Below are positions 12,910-25,725 of a stretch of DNA of 64,000 nucleotides, piece after piece. Each line of letters starts with the position of its first letter. Position 1 is the stretch's first letter. A program made the position numbers and the translations under genes. The notes below the pieces were generated by a model. That model ran no database searches, was not told where the DNA came from, and worked only from the letters and a program-made list of their open reading frames with translations. The stretch comes from Laetmonice hystrix (taxonomy: Eukaryota): positions 27,840,001 through 27,904,000 of the forward strand of contig OZ249436.1 of NCBI GenBank assembly GCA_965235115.1, written 5' to 3'.

Positions 12910-15900
12910 GGTATGGTCAGCCAAACCCCCACGTGAGTTTATATGTATACACACCATGATCTATCAATTGAGATAATGCCACATCTTACATCGCCGATGG
13001 ATCCAATCTTAGGTGTTGTTCCAGTAGAAAGTGAGCAGGATGCAACACTTATTCGTTCTTCTCTTTCCTGGGAAGAAAATCAACATCACCTTTTTTTCGG
13101 ATGACAATGTCGACAGTAGGAATTGGCCTTATGAAAACCGGTCCACCTAGTGGGCGTGTAGTATTGATTGATGAATGGACCGACTTAAGTTATGGCACGC
13201 TGGAGGAGATCGACCATGGGTTATCTGGGCAAAAAGTTCGTAAGAAGATCTCCTTTTCGAGATTATGTCAAATGGAATAATAAATGCTTTGATTAATAGC
13301 TGTTTCCTGGCGGACGTGAGCCCAGCGATGATTGCAGATAATGTCGGGAGAGGAGGTTGGATGCTGAGTGGGACAGGGCAAGGTGTGTGGAGTTTGTGTC
13401 CACGGCGTGGTGGAGCAAGTCTCTGGGGTCGGCCAGAGATCAGGAGATACCCGCGCAATTACGGGGAACACCTAAGGCGAACATTGGCTCGGCTGTACCC
13501 GAGGAAGACCTTATATCTCAGGAAATGTCATGTTTGGAGCGACCCACCGGCATCTTACGTCAGGGTATATTACGGATATGTTGTCCGAAGTGCTGGAATG
13601 AACATGGAATGAACTATACAGGGAAACAGCAGAGGGTCTCGACTGGGATCTGAAGACATGGTTTAGGTAGCCATCTTTAGTGCCGAAAAAAGGCATTGTC
13701 AATGTGTTTCTTCAATATCAATTCCATTATTGCATACTTTGTAATGTCACTTTGTCTCTTAAGAATGCCGTGCTGTGTCCTCGCGAAATAAACCATTTAA
13801 GGGGAACAGCAGGGGTTCTCGACTGGGATCTGAAGACATGATTTAGGTAGCCATCTTTAGTGCCGAAAAAAGGCATTGTCAATTCAGGAAAAAGTCTTTC
13901 AAGATTGCCTGAACCCTTTCTGATCGAAATGACAGTCAAATTAAGAATCCTAAGGGTTACCTCGACCGGGGCAATCCTTCTTCAATATCAGTTCCATGCA
14001 CCACACGGAGGAGAACAAGTCTGCTCGAAGAGGAGGCTAATTCAACACGAGGCGTCTGAGGCATGCGCCTCTTGATCCTCGCCCTGGCATTCTTACGCCA
14101 ACAACTGTATACAGACTACTGATACGACTGTGTGGTAAGTAAGAAGAACTCAAAGACACCCAGCTCTTGAAGCAGGCATCTATCATCCGAATCAATATAA
14201 CTATAACACGTTCTAGTCTTGTGATCCTATTTGTCGTCTGGCCATCCCCAACCGTGAGCCGTGCCCATGAATAAATATAACTATAGATTCCTCATGGAGA
14301 GTAGAGTTTGGACACCTGCAGAAGTACTCATGACGGAGACAAAATGGTCTGTCTGTATCTCTAGAATCTTGTATGTCTGGATTTGAATTCATAGGTGTGC
14401 TATGTCTACATATTATATACTAGGTGTGCTATGATTACTTCATGCGTGGATGTGTGCATTCACTAATCTGCAAATATTATTCAACATGTTGATGAGACAT
14501 GTCTCTTTGCTCATTTGATGATATGAAACGATAAGGATGAGAGGAGGATGTATCCCTAACATCACTGATAGCAGGGAATATCCAAAGATTAAGTCGTACG
14601 TGACTTTGTAATGTCACTTTGTCTCTTAAGGATGCCGTGCTGTGTCGTCGCGAAATAAACAATGTAAGGGGGCACTTTTGCTTTCCAGACCAATAAAAAA
14701 AACCTAAAGGGTGTGCGCAACCCCTTGATCTGCTACCGATATTGACGGACTGATATTAAGCGAGCTTTATGTATGAATTGACGTCTATATTTGCTTTATT
14801 ACGATCTTAGAGAAGAATCCATTCACCTGTTGAGTAGCTCTAGTGTCTTCTACACTCCATATTGCTAGCACTTTGAACGGCCTTCGCCCAAGACATAGTC
14901 CAGCGGTGAAACAGTATTGCAGTGTTAGTGGTGCTATGACCCTGACACGTCCCTCGGTTCTGCTACAGAAGAACACTCGAACAATATTGGCACGGCAGGG
15001 CGTCGCCAATTGAAGAGATAGCACAGAAACCCGCCACACGGTCTCCGAGTGTCAAGACCTTCGGCACCAAACACACAAGACGAGCACCGAACAAACAAGA
15101 GGATATCCTTTAGCTAAAAAAGAAATGCATTCAAAGGCAATATACTTTTACTTGCCATTACATTGGAAATGTATCAATAATGGGTTTGGCCTGCTGAATG
15201 TTAGAATCGGTAAACTTTTCATGAGTTGGCCGAGGGTTATCCATCAACATGATCTGATTACTACGATAGTCATTAATTTATGATGTGATGTAGGCATATT
15301 TATTCATAAGTTCATCTTTTCTAATGGGTTGTGGCGTACTAATAACCTTATATTAGAATGAATGTGGTACGTGATTCCCTGTGGGTCAAAGTTTGTGCCG
15401 TGCGTGGGTGTCTACAGGTTTATCAGAGAGGGCGATTCTAGATGGGCCCTTGCACTTTCAGAATTATCTCGTTCGCTTGTTACATTGGTTGCAGAGCGTG
15501 GACAACTGGCATTCTCTGCTGTAAAGTTTAAGCGTACGGGCCCTTCAGGTCCAGCGTAGCCTCCAAATAGGTTTAGTCCTATACTCGACATCTAAATATA
15601 TGCGTGCCATCTCCTGGCGTCAATACCAATCAATGCCAGACACAACAGCCCAGGAAAATAATAATAAACACAATGAAGGAACCTGTCCGCACATTTGCTA
15701 TCATCATTTGCTATCAGAGTGCTACTCCATGCACTGTGAATGGTATCTAATCCAACACCATGCACTGATACGGCATCATATCGGCACTAACAATTTATAA
15801 ATAGAGCGCAACGATGGCCTTTGTCTACACAGAGGAGATTTGTAGAGAACGGCTGGCTCACTGGTTCTCACCCTCTCACAGATTGATGACGTCAGCAGCA

Positions 15901-17765
15901 AATAACCATGAGCTTGTTTCCCTGTCAGCGGTCTGCTCAAACTTGATGTAGTACCCTCACTAATAGATGGTGTTCAAGTTCTCTTTTAGGTATTTATTTC
16001 AACTCCACAGAAATTTTACCTAACAGGTCTATGGTTTCTTTGTGGCTTACCTGTCACCCGATTATCAGTAGACAGGCGAGGGGCGAGAGGAGCCCCTTGG
16101 CTATCTGAGAACTTGATATCTTAGCTTGACCTGAGGAACTCTTTTGACTGCCATGACGTAAGCAAGAGACTTCGATGAGGACAAAACGGTTCAATGAAGG
16201 ATCAACTCAAAGGGTCGCGGCGATTCGTTGGCTTGCCATTCAACGTCAAGACGCCCTGTGCGGCTGCTGAGGCCGATAATCTGGAAGCTACAGTGGTCTT
16301 CTTGCTGTCGCCGGAAATGACGTTTATAGGCGCGTTTGTCGCGGTCCGATCCATTGACACCTCGCCATGGCCGGCTTCCCGTTCAGCCGATGAGGGCAGT
16401 GTGCAGATTGTAGAGCATCCATTCTAAAGGAGCATGACGTGGACGGCATATCCATCGCCATCAACCGGAACACGCCCCACCATCGGTCTCCTTCGGGAAC
16501 CAGGTTTAAGAAGTGGCCATCGATGAGGTGGCGGTCTCTGGAGGGCATTTCAAGGTGCGTTATTAATACGCAGGGCACCGGGCCGTGGAGTGGAAGTTGT
16601 CTCGTGGCGCCATTGGGTACTGAACGGGACTTGGGTCGAACAGGGCGCCAGGAGCTGAACACAAGGAGGCGACGCCACAACAAAGGGGCTTCTTTAACCA
16701 ACCCCGGGGTGAGGGTGGATGTGGCCTTAATAGACCTGCTGGTCCTGACGTGCAGAATATATTACAGACGGTTCAGAGCTGGCCAGGATAGGTTCTGCGG
16801 GGAATAGAAAGACGTTACATTCAGGGCACGTGTGGACAATGACGACAGTTGCGGAAAGGTGTGTCTCGTGTTTCAAATATCGAAATCTGTACATAATCTA
16901 AGACATGCCCCACATAATGGAGTGGTCTTCACCAATGGGCTTAGGTAAATAACCATCGGAGAAATAAGGATGTTATATTAGTGCAATTAGTGTTCTTTAA
17001 GGTGATAGTTCAATGTCATTTAATTTTTTCCGCCCCCCCCCCCATTTGACAACGGTCATAAAGATGGTATTTCCATCGTTTTGAATACATTTACTAACTT
17101 TGTATGAAGCTGCCTCTTAACTTAATAAGGATATTACACCCAATTCATCTTACATGATTGCGCAACAATCCTGCGCACCATATTATAAACTATACGTTCA
17201 CACCGCCACAATTGCATTCTATATTAGAGGAGGTATAATTTTGCCAGGCGTATGGGGACAGAGAGCGATATAGAAAGATGGCTCCAGACATTCTTTTCTC
17301 TCCGTGTCCCAAAATTTAGGAGCCCCCCCCCCTGCGCCTAATTAAGGGCGGCATGAGTAGTGGATTAAAAACATATGGCCGGTCAGCTCCCAAGCACCGT
17401 GAACCAAACCACTTTCAATCCATTCCTAAGTGTAGCTATAGGTAGATTGTCTCGGTCATAGAGTATATTCGGATATCATCTTTAATTACATGTCATTCGT
17501 TATCAGCCTAACATACGTGCTGAGCCAATGGGAGTGATCCAACCCTAAGTAATTTGAGTGGTGATGCAATTATGGAACCTCTCATCCTTCCATGGAGATA
17601 TTATGTTATCAATTCAGTGCGCATGTATCCGAGCTATAGTATAGATGACAAAACCTATTTCGCTGTTGAGTTTTTAAAATTTATTGCTTCAAGAAGAGGG
17701 TTAGTGTTTCAGGTCCTAATATATTTAAAATATACTCCGTCGATACTAATCACCCACCCCACCTT

Positions 17766-18740
17766 CAGCCCATGCTAGTCACCTCCCCCACTACCAGCAT
17801 CCACTACCAGCCCATGCTAGTCACCTCCCCCACTACCAGCCCATGCTAGTCACCTCCCCCACTACCAGCCCATGCTAGTCACCTCCCCCACTACCAGCCC
17901 ATGCTAGTCACCTCCCCCACTACCAGCTCATGCTCACCCCCCCCCCACTACCAGCCCACGCTAGTCACCTCCCCCACTACCAGCCCATGCTAGTCACCTC
18001 CCCCACTACCAGCCCATGCTCACCTCCCCCACTACCAGCCCATGCTAGTCACCTCCCCCACTACCAGCCCATGCTCACCTCCCCCACTACCAGCCCATGC
18101 TAGTCACCTCCCCCACTACCAGTCCATGCTCACCCCCCCCCCCCACTACCAGCCCACGCTAGTCACCTCCCCCACTACCAGCCCATGCTCACCTCCCCCA
18201 CTACCAGCCCATGCTAGTCACCTCCCCCACTACCAGTCCATGCTCACCCCCCCCCCCACTACCAGCCCATGCTAGTCACCTCCCCCACTACCAGCCCATG
18301 CTAGTCACCTCCCCCACTACCAGCCCATGCTAGTCACCTCCCCCACTACCAGCCCATGCTAGTCACCTCCCCCACTACCAGCTCATGCTCACCCCCCCCC
18401 CCCACTACCAGCCCACGCTAGTCACCTCCCCCACTACCAGCCCATGCTAGTCACCTCCCCCACTACCAGCCCATGCTAGTCACCTCCCCCACTACCAGCC
18501 CACGCTAGTCACCTCCCCCACTACCAGCCCATGCTAGTCACCTCCCCCACTACCAGCCCATGCTAGTCACCTCCCCCACTACCAGTCCATGCTCACCCCC
18601 CCCCCCCCACTACCAGACCATGCTAGTCACCTCCCCCACTACCAGCCCATGCTAGTCACCTCCCCCACTACCAGCCCATGCTAGTCACCTCCCCCACTAC
18701 CATCCCATGCTAGTCACCTCCCCCACTACCAGCCCATGCT
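17766..18740. repeat. Minisatellite, 29-bp unit, ~33 copies, C-rich on +
   Basis: Unit CAGCCCATGCTAGTCACCTCCCCCACTAC, with 3-bp-deleted and poly-C-expanded variants. Confidence 0.97.
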
Positions 18741-19694
18741 GATATTTACACACCACCAAAAAAAAAAAAAAATCGTAAACACCAAAGAGTTCTATACCCA
18801 TTCACAGGGTTCTTTCTCACTTCTTGTGCTCTTTCTCAAATGCCAAGGCTGTCCTGTTGGCGGTCACTTAGCCCTTGTAGAAAGGTCAAAGTTCATTGAG
18901 CTGACAGATTGATGTCCTCCACTGGCTCCGACTCGGAGACGTGTGGCAAATTAAGGCCGGTTGATGGCAGGTGGCGCAGGTGTGCTGGTTACCACAGGGG
19001 ACCACAGGATGGACTCCCTTTGACACGCTATGGTCTCTCCCATACTCAGGCAGTCACCAGTGCATATATTTCATGCACATATATGCCGAAGTATACAATT
19101 ACAGAGTGTTGTTTTTTTTATCTGTGACTGTTATAAATCCAGTCTCCATACCCCTCAGCGTTACCATCGCAATTTCAAAAAGAAGAGTATAGGTATCGTC
19201 TCCTTTGAAATTTAAGGTGTAGGTTTTGTTGGGATCTGGTAGAATAGGGTTCCATGTATTCAGTTTCGTATGAAGCTCAAGTCCCAATGTGGCGATTTTT
19301 TTTAGCAAACCACAACAATGTGGCATTTGTGGAGAAAATCGCTTTGGACGTTCAGATTCTTTTTAATTCTTTCTTGTTCTGTTGTACTTTCCTTGGGCAT
19401 CGTGCAGATTGGCTCAAATGGCGCTACGATAGTTTTGAAATGTTTAAATTTGAAATTCAAACTCACATTCGCCCATTGTTGTTGTGTATTCGTGTGTAGT
19501 ACTTGGTCTTCTTTGTAATTATTTCCAATTCTTTGTGACTCTTACCGCTTCGTTGTTAATATCGCCGCTTTCGGTTGTTGATCTGATTCAATATCTGCCG
19601 CGAGGATGGAAGACACCGAATGGTGGTAGGACGACCTGACTCGATGCGCAATGAGGAAGAATGACTGTCGATTCGTACTGCATCTCACTTTGTA

Positions 19695-20583
19695 CAGTCT
19701 TTTAGGCAGTTCCGAGAAGCGCTTTTGATATCCGCTACTGACAATCTTCAGGCATATCCTGGATATGTAAAAGGATGGTCGATCTGTCGAGCAATCATCC
19801 GTGTTTTATCCATATAAAGCTTAGAACTCGATGTCAATTCATTTGTTTGTGATGTGCCAAAGTTTACTGGTCGGATTTTGGCCAGTTCCGATACACTTCC
19901 GGTAGTTGCGAGAAACGCGATCTCGTGAAAAGATGCCGGCGATGAGGGCCCGTTTCAAGATGTTATCGTGCCATATTATGGGCCTAATAAACCACTACAT
20001 TATGGTAAATAAGCTTTTCTTTGTCAAACTTTTGATTTTTCATAGTAAGATAGACGAGTACGAGTACACCTACAAGCGCTGTGGATGTGGGCATCCATCT
20101 TTGCATGTTACTTTGCATGTCACTAGATGGCGTGTAGATCTACGGTCCTACACGCCATCTAGGCATGACTTATCGCAACTACCTGAATTGCCACACGAGC
20201 ATTTATGCTGCTAATATTCTGGCACTATACGTGTAAACATCATACAACTTTGCCAGTTTATTGTAGTGGTATTGTCACTTCACCTTAGCAAAAAAGAAGG
20301 TTGAGCTCAGTTTGGTTTTGGAGAAACGGTGCTCCAATGTTCGAAGCTCCCGTTTTGCGTCAGCGCCCGCTAATGTGTGCCGTCCGCAACTGGATGTAAC
20401 CCGCTGTGTCACGCGAACACGGATGGCCAAAATATCGCGATTTTTTCATCAGAGCCAGAAAATATGTAAGGCTTTACTACCCTGACATCAAATATGTGTC
20501 AGAATGAAATCTTTCAAAACTACGCCTGAGCGAATCTCACATTTCTCGCAACTACCTAATTCTCAAAACTGCCTAAAAGACTG
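19695..20583. mobile_element. Non-autonomous Tc1/mariner(pogo)-type DNA transposon, ~890 bp
   Basis: TIRs CAGTCTTTTAGGCAGTTCCGAGAA ... TTCTCAAAACTGCCTAAAAGACTG (22/24), flanked by TA on both sides. Internal repeats of TCGCAACTACC in both orientations. No transposase ORF. Confidence 0.85.
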
Positions 20584-23500
20584 TACTTATCGGTCGTCTG
20601 TTATCGGCCACACCCATTATAACCTTTGGCCAATGACAATGTGCCATGCATGAGCGGGATTTTTAACATTGATTCGGAGGGCATCTTTACTTACTTTGTA
20701 CAATGAATCGTGATTCCGTACAATTTTGAGAGGAATGCGGAATGATTTCGCAGAATGGGGACCAGGTAACATAGGTATGTTTTTGGATTTGGTAATTAAT
20801 GCATATCAGCGTATCTGTTCCGGGAAATGTGTGTACATATGTGGATGGCTCAGGTCTACGTCCGGATAGGTAGAGCAGAATTTTTATCAGTACGCCGAAA
20901 GGAATTCCGAGTAAAAAACACTATCGTTGTCCGTCGTAATTACTAAAGTTCTATTAGATTAAGACGATGGCAGACAACGCCAAAGCTCGTTTCGCCCACC
21001 TTGCGGCCGCCGAAGTCAAGCTTTGACAACATTGGTGTGTAACTTCATTAGCATAATGATTAGGGCGGTTTTGTGACGTAGGGGAATTTTAAGATATATG
21101 CAGGGCTAAAATCGTGTACATTAACAAACATGGGAAATTTCAAGCTGTTGCAGTTCTTCCTTTGACATTTATATAATAAGTAGGTAATACTCTATTCACC
21201 AAAGACAGGGGAAAAATAGTTTGTTCATCAATGTTCCATATGTAAGATAATATAGTATAGTCGAAATTGGGGGAAAATTGTTTCATTAATGGTCATAGCG
21301 AAAAGGATAGCGTCGGCCTGGGTAATGAAGGTTCTGGCGATAGAATCTGCAACTCAAGGGAATCATTGGTGCCCTTGTTTGACAATTGGCAGAAGGCGAG
21401 AGAGCAATTTACGAAGTCGTACCAAACAAGGCCTGTGATCTATTGCAACATATCTCAAGTGGACAAAGCTGCCTAAGAAATTACATGAGGTACATAAACG
21501 GGGACAAGTACAACGACGTAAAGATTGCAAAGAATACACCACCAGTTTGCGGAGAGTAGAACCTGGGTTGTTGTGCACATCGAGGTGATAGGAAATGGTA
21601 GTATCCGCAAAATCGGGTTGCCTTCTTCAATCTCAAAGGCGGGTGGGCGAATCGATGGGGGTCAGTCCCACAGTCACAGTCACCCCACAGTCACAGTCAC
21701 AACTAAACGCAACTGGTGTGTGCTGACAGTCACTGCCCGTGATCTCATGCAGTGCCCGGTCGTAGTCAGAGTTGGGCCCGGGCCCAGTGGGGCTGAGCTC
21801 CGTCAACATCACACCTCCGAGCAGGCGGCCGAAACCCAGAAACCCACGGCTGCCCAGATCCGTGTCCACCCTGATATTCTATACACCCTGATATCGGTAG
21901 GCTTAATTCCTTGCCATTCCTCATCACTATCGATGGTTTTCGTCTATGTTCTAACAAATATGGCTTATAAGCTGTCAACGTTCGCTACCTTCCGAATCGC
22001 TCAACGCAACAGGTGCGTCAGTTTTTAGTTCCTCCCAAACTGGAGAGCAGTCGTGCTGTGATTGGTCAGGCCTAGGTCCAGCATGCACAGTTTGAGATTA
22101 GCCCAAGGAGTAGACGCTAATGGCGGCCTCCACCAGCTGGGCAGGCTCGAAGCAGGCTCGGGCACTAGAGTGCTTGTATCTTAACTATTTGAGCACCAAT
22201 TGTGTTTAAATCTTTTTTAACTTGCTTAGAATTCCACGGCCTGTGTGCCTGGCCTGTACAAACTGGAGATTTTCTTTTCTTTTAAGTCAGGGGGAAAATT
22301 TCCTATGGGGGGAAATCCCATTCTCTCGTCGAAAGAAGCAATGATTCTTGACCTTTATTTCCCTTCCAGGGGTAATAGAGAAAATCATCAGGAAAGTCCT
22401 CTATATTGCTTCCAAAACGAGCATGTGAATACCACTGCATTCTGCATAAATAAACATTAAACATTGCATTTAACCTCGTGAATAACAGGAATCTGTATCA
22501 AGATTCATATTGATCGAAGTAAAAATGGCGGGACACTCAAAGTCCCTCTGGGACAATTTGTGAGTATATAGAACGCTTTAAATACTGACAGCGGGGGAGG
22601 TCTTGCACGTGAGGTTCCATCCCAGTTGGCCTGGGGCAAAGCAGAGCAACGCCCTGTTGACATGCAAGCTGAAGACTTATGCAGCCCGTTACAGCTCTGC
22701 GGCTTGTATCAGCACGCCTCCACTGGAGACCGACTCATACAAGAACTATACCCAAGTGAACACTGTAGTGCTCAATTCTCAGTTTCTACCAATAAGATAT
22801 TCTGGATTCAGGGCTTAATCAAAATTAATGCTGGTGTACACATTTAAGACGCATGATATTACTACCAAGGTTTATAAAGATAACTCCTTTTTCCATCGAT
22901 GTAGAAAAGCTCTGGAAAGTTTCCCAGTCGTTGAGAATTACTGTATGGACTTTAATAGGTTCATTTTACATGTTTTATTTTTTTTTAAAGAAATTCATCA
23001 TTTCGTTTCCTTAAAGGGCCTATGTATTGAGTCATTGTATCCAGGCTCATACGACGAGGTGCACCTAGTGGGAGATAATAAAAACATGATGAAACAAACT
23101 GACTGCATACTCATCTCTAGTGCTGCTCTCTGGAGAGTGAAGTGTGTTTGTATAGTAGCACTGCGGCCCTGTCGAAATAATTCCGCGGGAATTTCTTGGA
23201 CAAGTTGAAGTTCCTGTCTGTGGAGTGTCTTTTTAAGGTTGACTTCCTCTCGTCCGAATCAAAAACACTGCACTAGGGGCTGCCTTGAGATAGCAGCATT
23301 TGAAACTATCATATTGAGAATACCGTAATAATAAAAACATGTCCTAGAGTTGAGACATTATTTCAGTGCAGTTTATGGGTCTCTACCCCATCCAGTCACA
23401 CTTACTTTTATCGTAAAGCGAATCATAGTTAGCTCAAGGAGCATTTCGCCTGCGCTTTCCTTTGGATCTTGAAATACGCCCATAGTTACCAAAGCCAGTA

Positions 23501-25522
23501 ATGGACATAATGGAAAAACTGCCACACCTTTGTGAAGCCGTTGAGCCCCTAGTTTACTCGGGGCAGCTTACTGAATGCTATCTGTGTCTTAGGTCTGTAA
23601 ATCATTACAGTAAATCTCTCATCTGGTCCCGGGCTTTACGTGTGTATCGTCTAGATGTATCAATCTCCCCCGACACCGCTTGCGATTGACTCGTATACCA
23701 GTGGGAAAGCTACGGACGTCAAATGCATAGGCATGCTGTCACTTGTAAGGGAGACATAGTGGTCCATTTTGGTTAATTCTCTCTAAATGTTGATAGTAAT
23801 TGAGTAATCCGAAATTTGACTTTCATAGGAGAAGAGCCACAATACATAGTCAACAGGGAGATGAATATTTAAAGGACATACAAAATAATCATGGATATAT
23901 TGGTGAGTCTGCCTCGACTTGAGCAAGCGGTCGTTGTCGGTGGCTGCTTGGTGTATCGGTATCTGGACCATTCCTGTACCCGTGGATTTGTCGATTAGAG
24001 CAGATACTGAAAATTAGAGACCAGCTAGGCCGGTGTGTTGTAAAGTCATGCAGGCGTCCTGCTGCCTAATTTTCCTTGATTCAAGCCTTGGAAATCATGG
24101 CCTCACTCATGGTTGCTACCTGAATGTAAGACTAAACGGATTTAAAAAAAATAAAACGTAAAAATAAATGTGGCTTACAATCTCCGAACGTTGCCTATTT
24201 ACCACAGATACCCACAGTATCTATGTGCATTATTATAGGCCTCCTGGTCCGAATGTTCTCCACATGTATCAGCCTTTGTCAGAATTTCACAATTGTAAGC
24301 TGCCAGGCACGTTGATATAGTTCTGTGCTTGAGTTGTGTACAAAGAGTCATCTCCCTTCAATATTTTTCCACCAGCATTACATCATCTCTGTACCACTTT
24401 TTTTTACCTTCAGTCGCCAAGTCTAGTTCCGTTTGAGAAAAGGAGATTTGTGTCGGAGATTGGGATCACTGTACGGGCTCTGACTGACTGAATCTAATGG
24501 GTATCAGGCACCATATGGCTTCACGCCCACACTGTATAAGACGACGCTCAAGGCAGGGTCCGACTCCTTGCCAGGTCTATAGATATCAGCGATTTGGATT
24601 TGTATGCGATCTGTAGATGTTCTATGCATACTTCTATGAAGAGGGTGGCCTGTCTTTTCTAGCAATAGAATAATAGACCTAAAACATGTAAGTTACGTAC
24701 CCGGATGCTAATTTTAAAACTTGATGGTTCCTCAGGAGTGGAACCCCAGATGATATTATAGTTGACATAAAAACATGGCTAATCACTGTAGGTGCGCTAC
24801 ATTATAAGAAACTAACTTAGTCCGCCAAACGCGACTTCTCTTTACCAACAGGAAAGGTTACTTTGCATAATACACATGTATAAGCAAGACAGCAGGCTTG
24901 GTAGACCGACTCCTCCCATCCTCCATCCATCCAGCCGGAGCATTTAGTGCCTTCCTCGTGAAAAAACAAAGAGGGAAAAAATAAATGAGAAATGCCGCAA
25001 TTTGTTTTGAACTGAGTGCCTCAATCACAATCATTAATATAGATTTACCTCATTGGAAATATTTTAGTCTCGCCTTTAATTGCAAAGATGTAGTGTTGTG
25101 TCCCAGGAGGATTGTACGCGAGCCTTGATCGACCATCCAGTCGACTTGTTTAAAGACATAACAACCCAGGGAGGTTTTGGTGCACACTTAATGTCTGCCT
25201 TGGACCTCTGGAGGATATATCCCATACGACGCCCATCTGCCGGGCGCCAGGCTTTGTTGGTACGTGAATTCCCGCAGCGTGTATTCTTCTATATTGTTTA
25301 CCGAACAAGGAAGGATCTCACGTCTGACACCTGTTGGTCTGGAGACACCAGTAGAATCACAAAGTCCTAGAACTCTGCTCCTGGTAAAAAGACCTTACCG
25401 GTATCGATGCAATTTTCTACCGGATCCCAGGTGTGTGGTTAAAGGAAGGGCGGTTTAATTTACATTGAAAGGATGAAAGGTAAGATCCATAATTGTGCAG
25501 GGCGGCAACCTAATTTGCCCTA

Positions 25523-25725
25523 AGCCTTCCCAGCCGGTGACATGGGGGGGGGGGGGGGCTTGCCTGCTTGGTTGGGTTTAGTGCTGACACTGTTGAAGTC
25601 CCCTCGGTGTTTTCGACGAGGATGGAGCCTTCCCAGCCGGTGACATGGGGGGGGGGGGCTTGCCTGCTTGGTTGGGTTTAGTGCTGACACTGTTGACAGT
25701 CCCCTCGGTGTTTTCGACGAGGATG
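25523..25725. repeat. Local tandem duplication of ~100 bp containing a poly-G run
   Basis: AGCCTTCCCAGCCGGTGACAT(G)nCTTGCCTGCTTGG...CGACGAGGATG occurs twice in succession. Confidence 0.9.

Noticed and set aside
17766..18740. CRISPR-like arrays (also 2031-2263, 28186-28726, 44018-44613)
   Set aside because: Units are head-to-tail with no unique spacers, there are no cas genes, and the context is eukaryotic.
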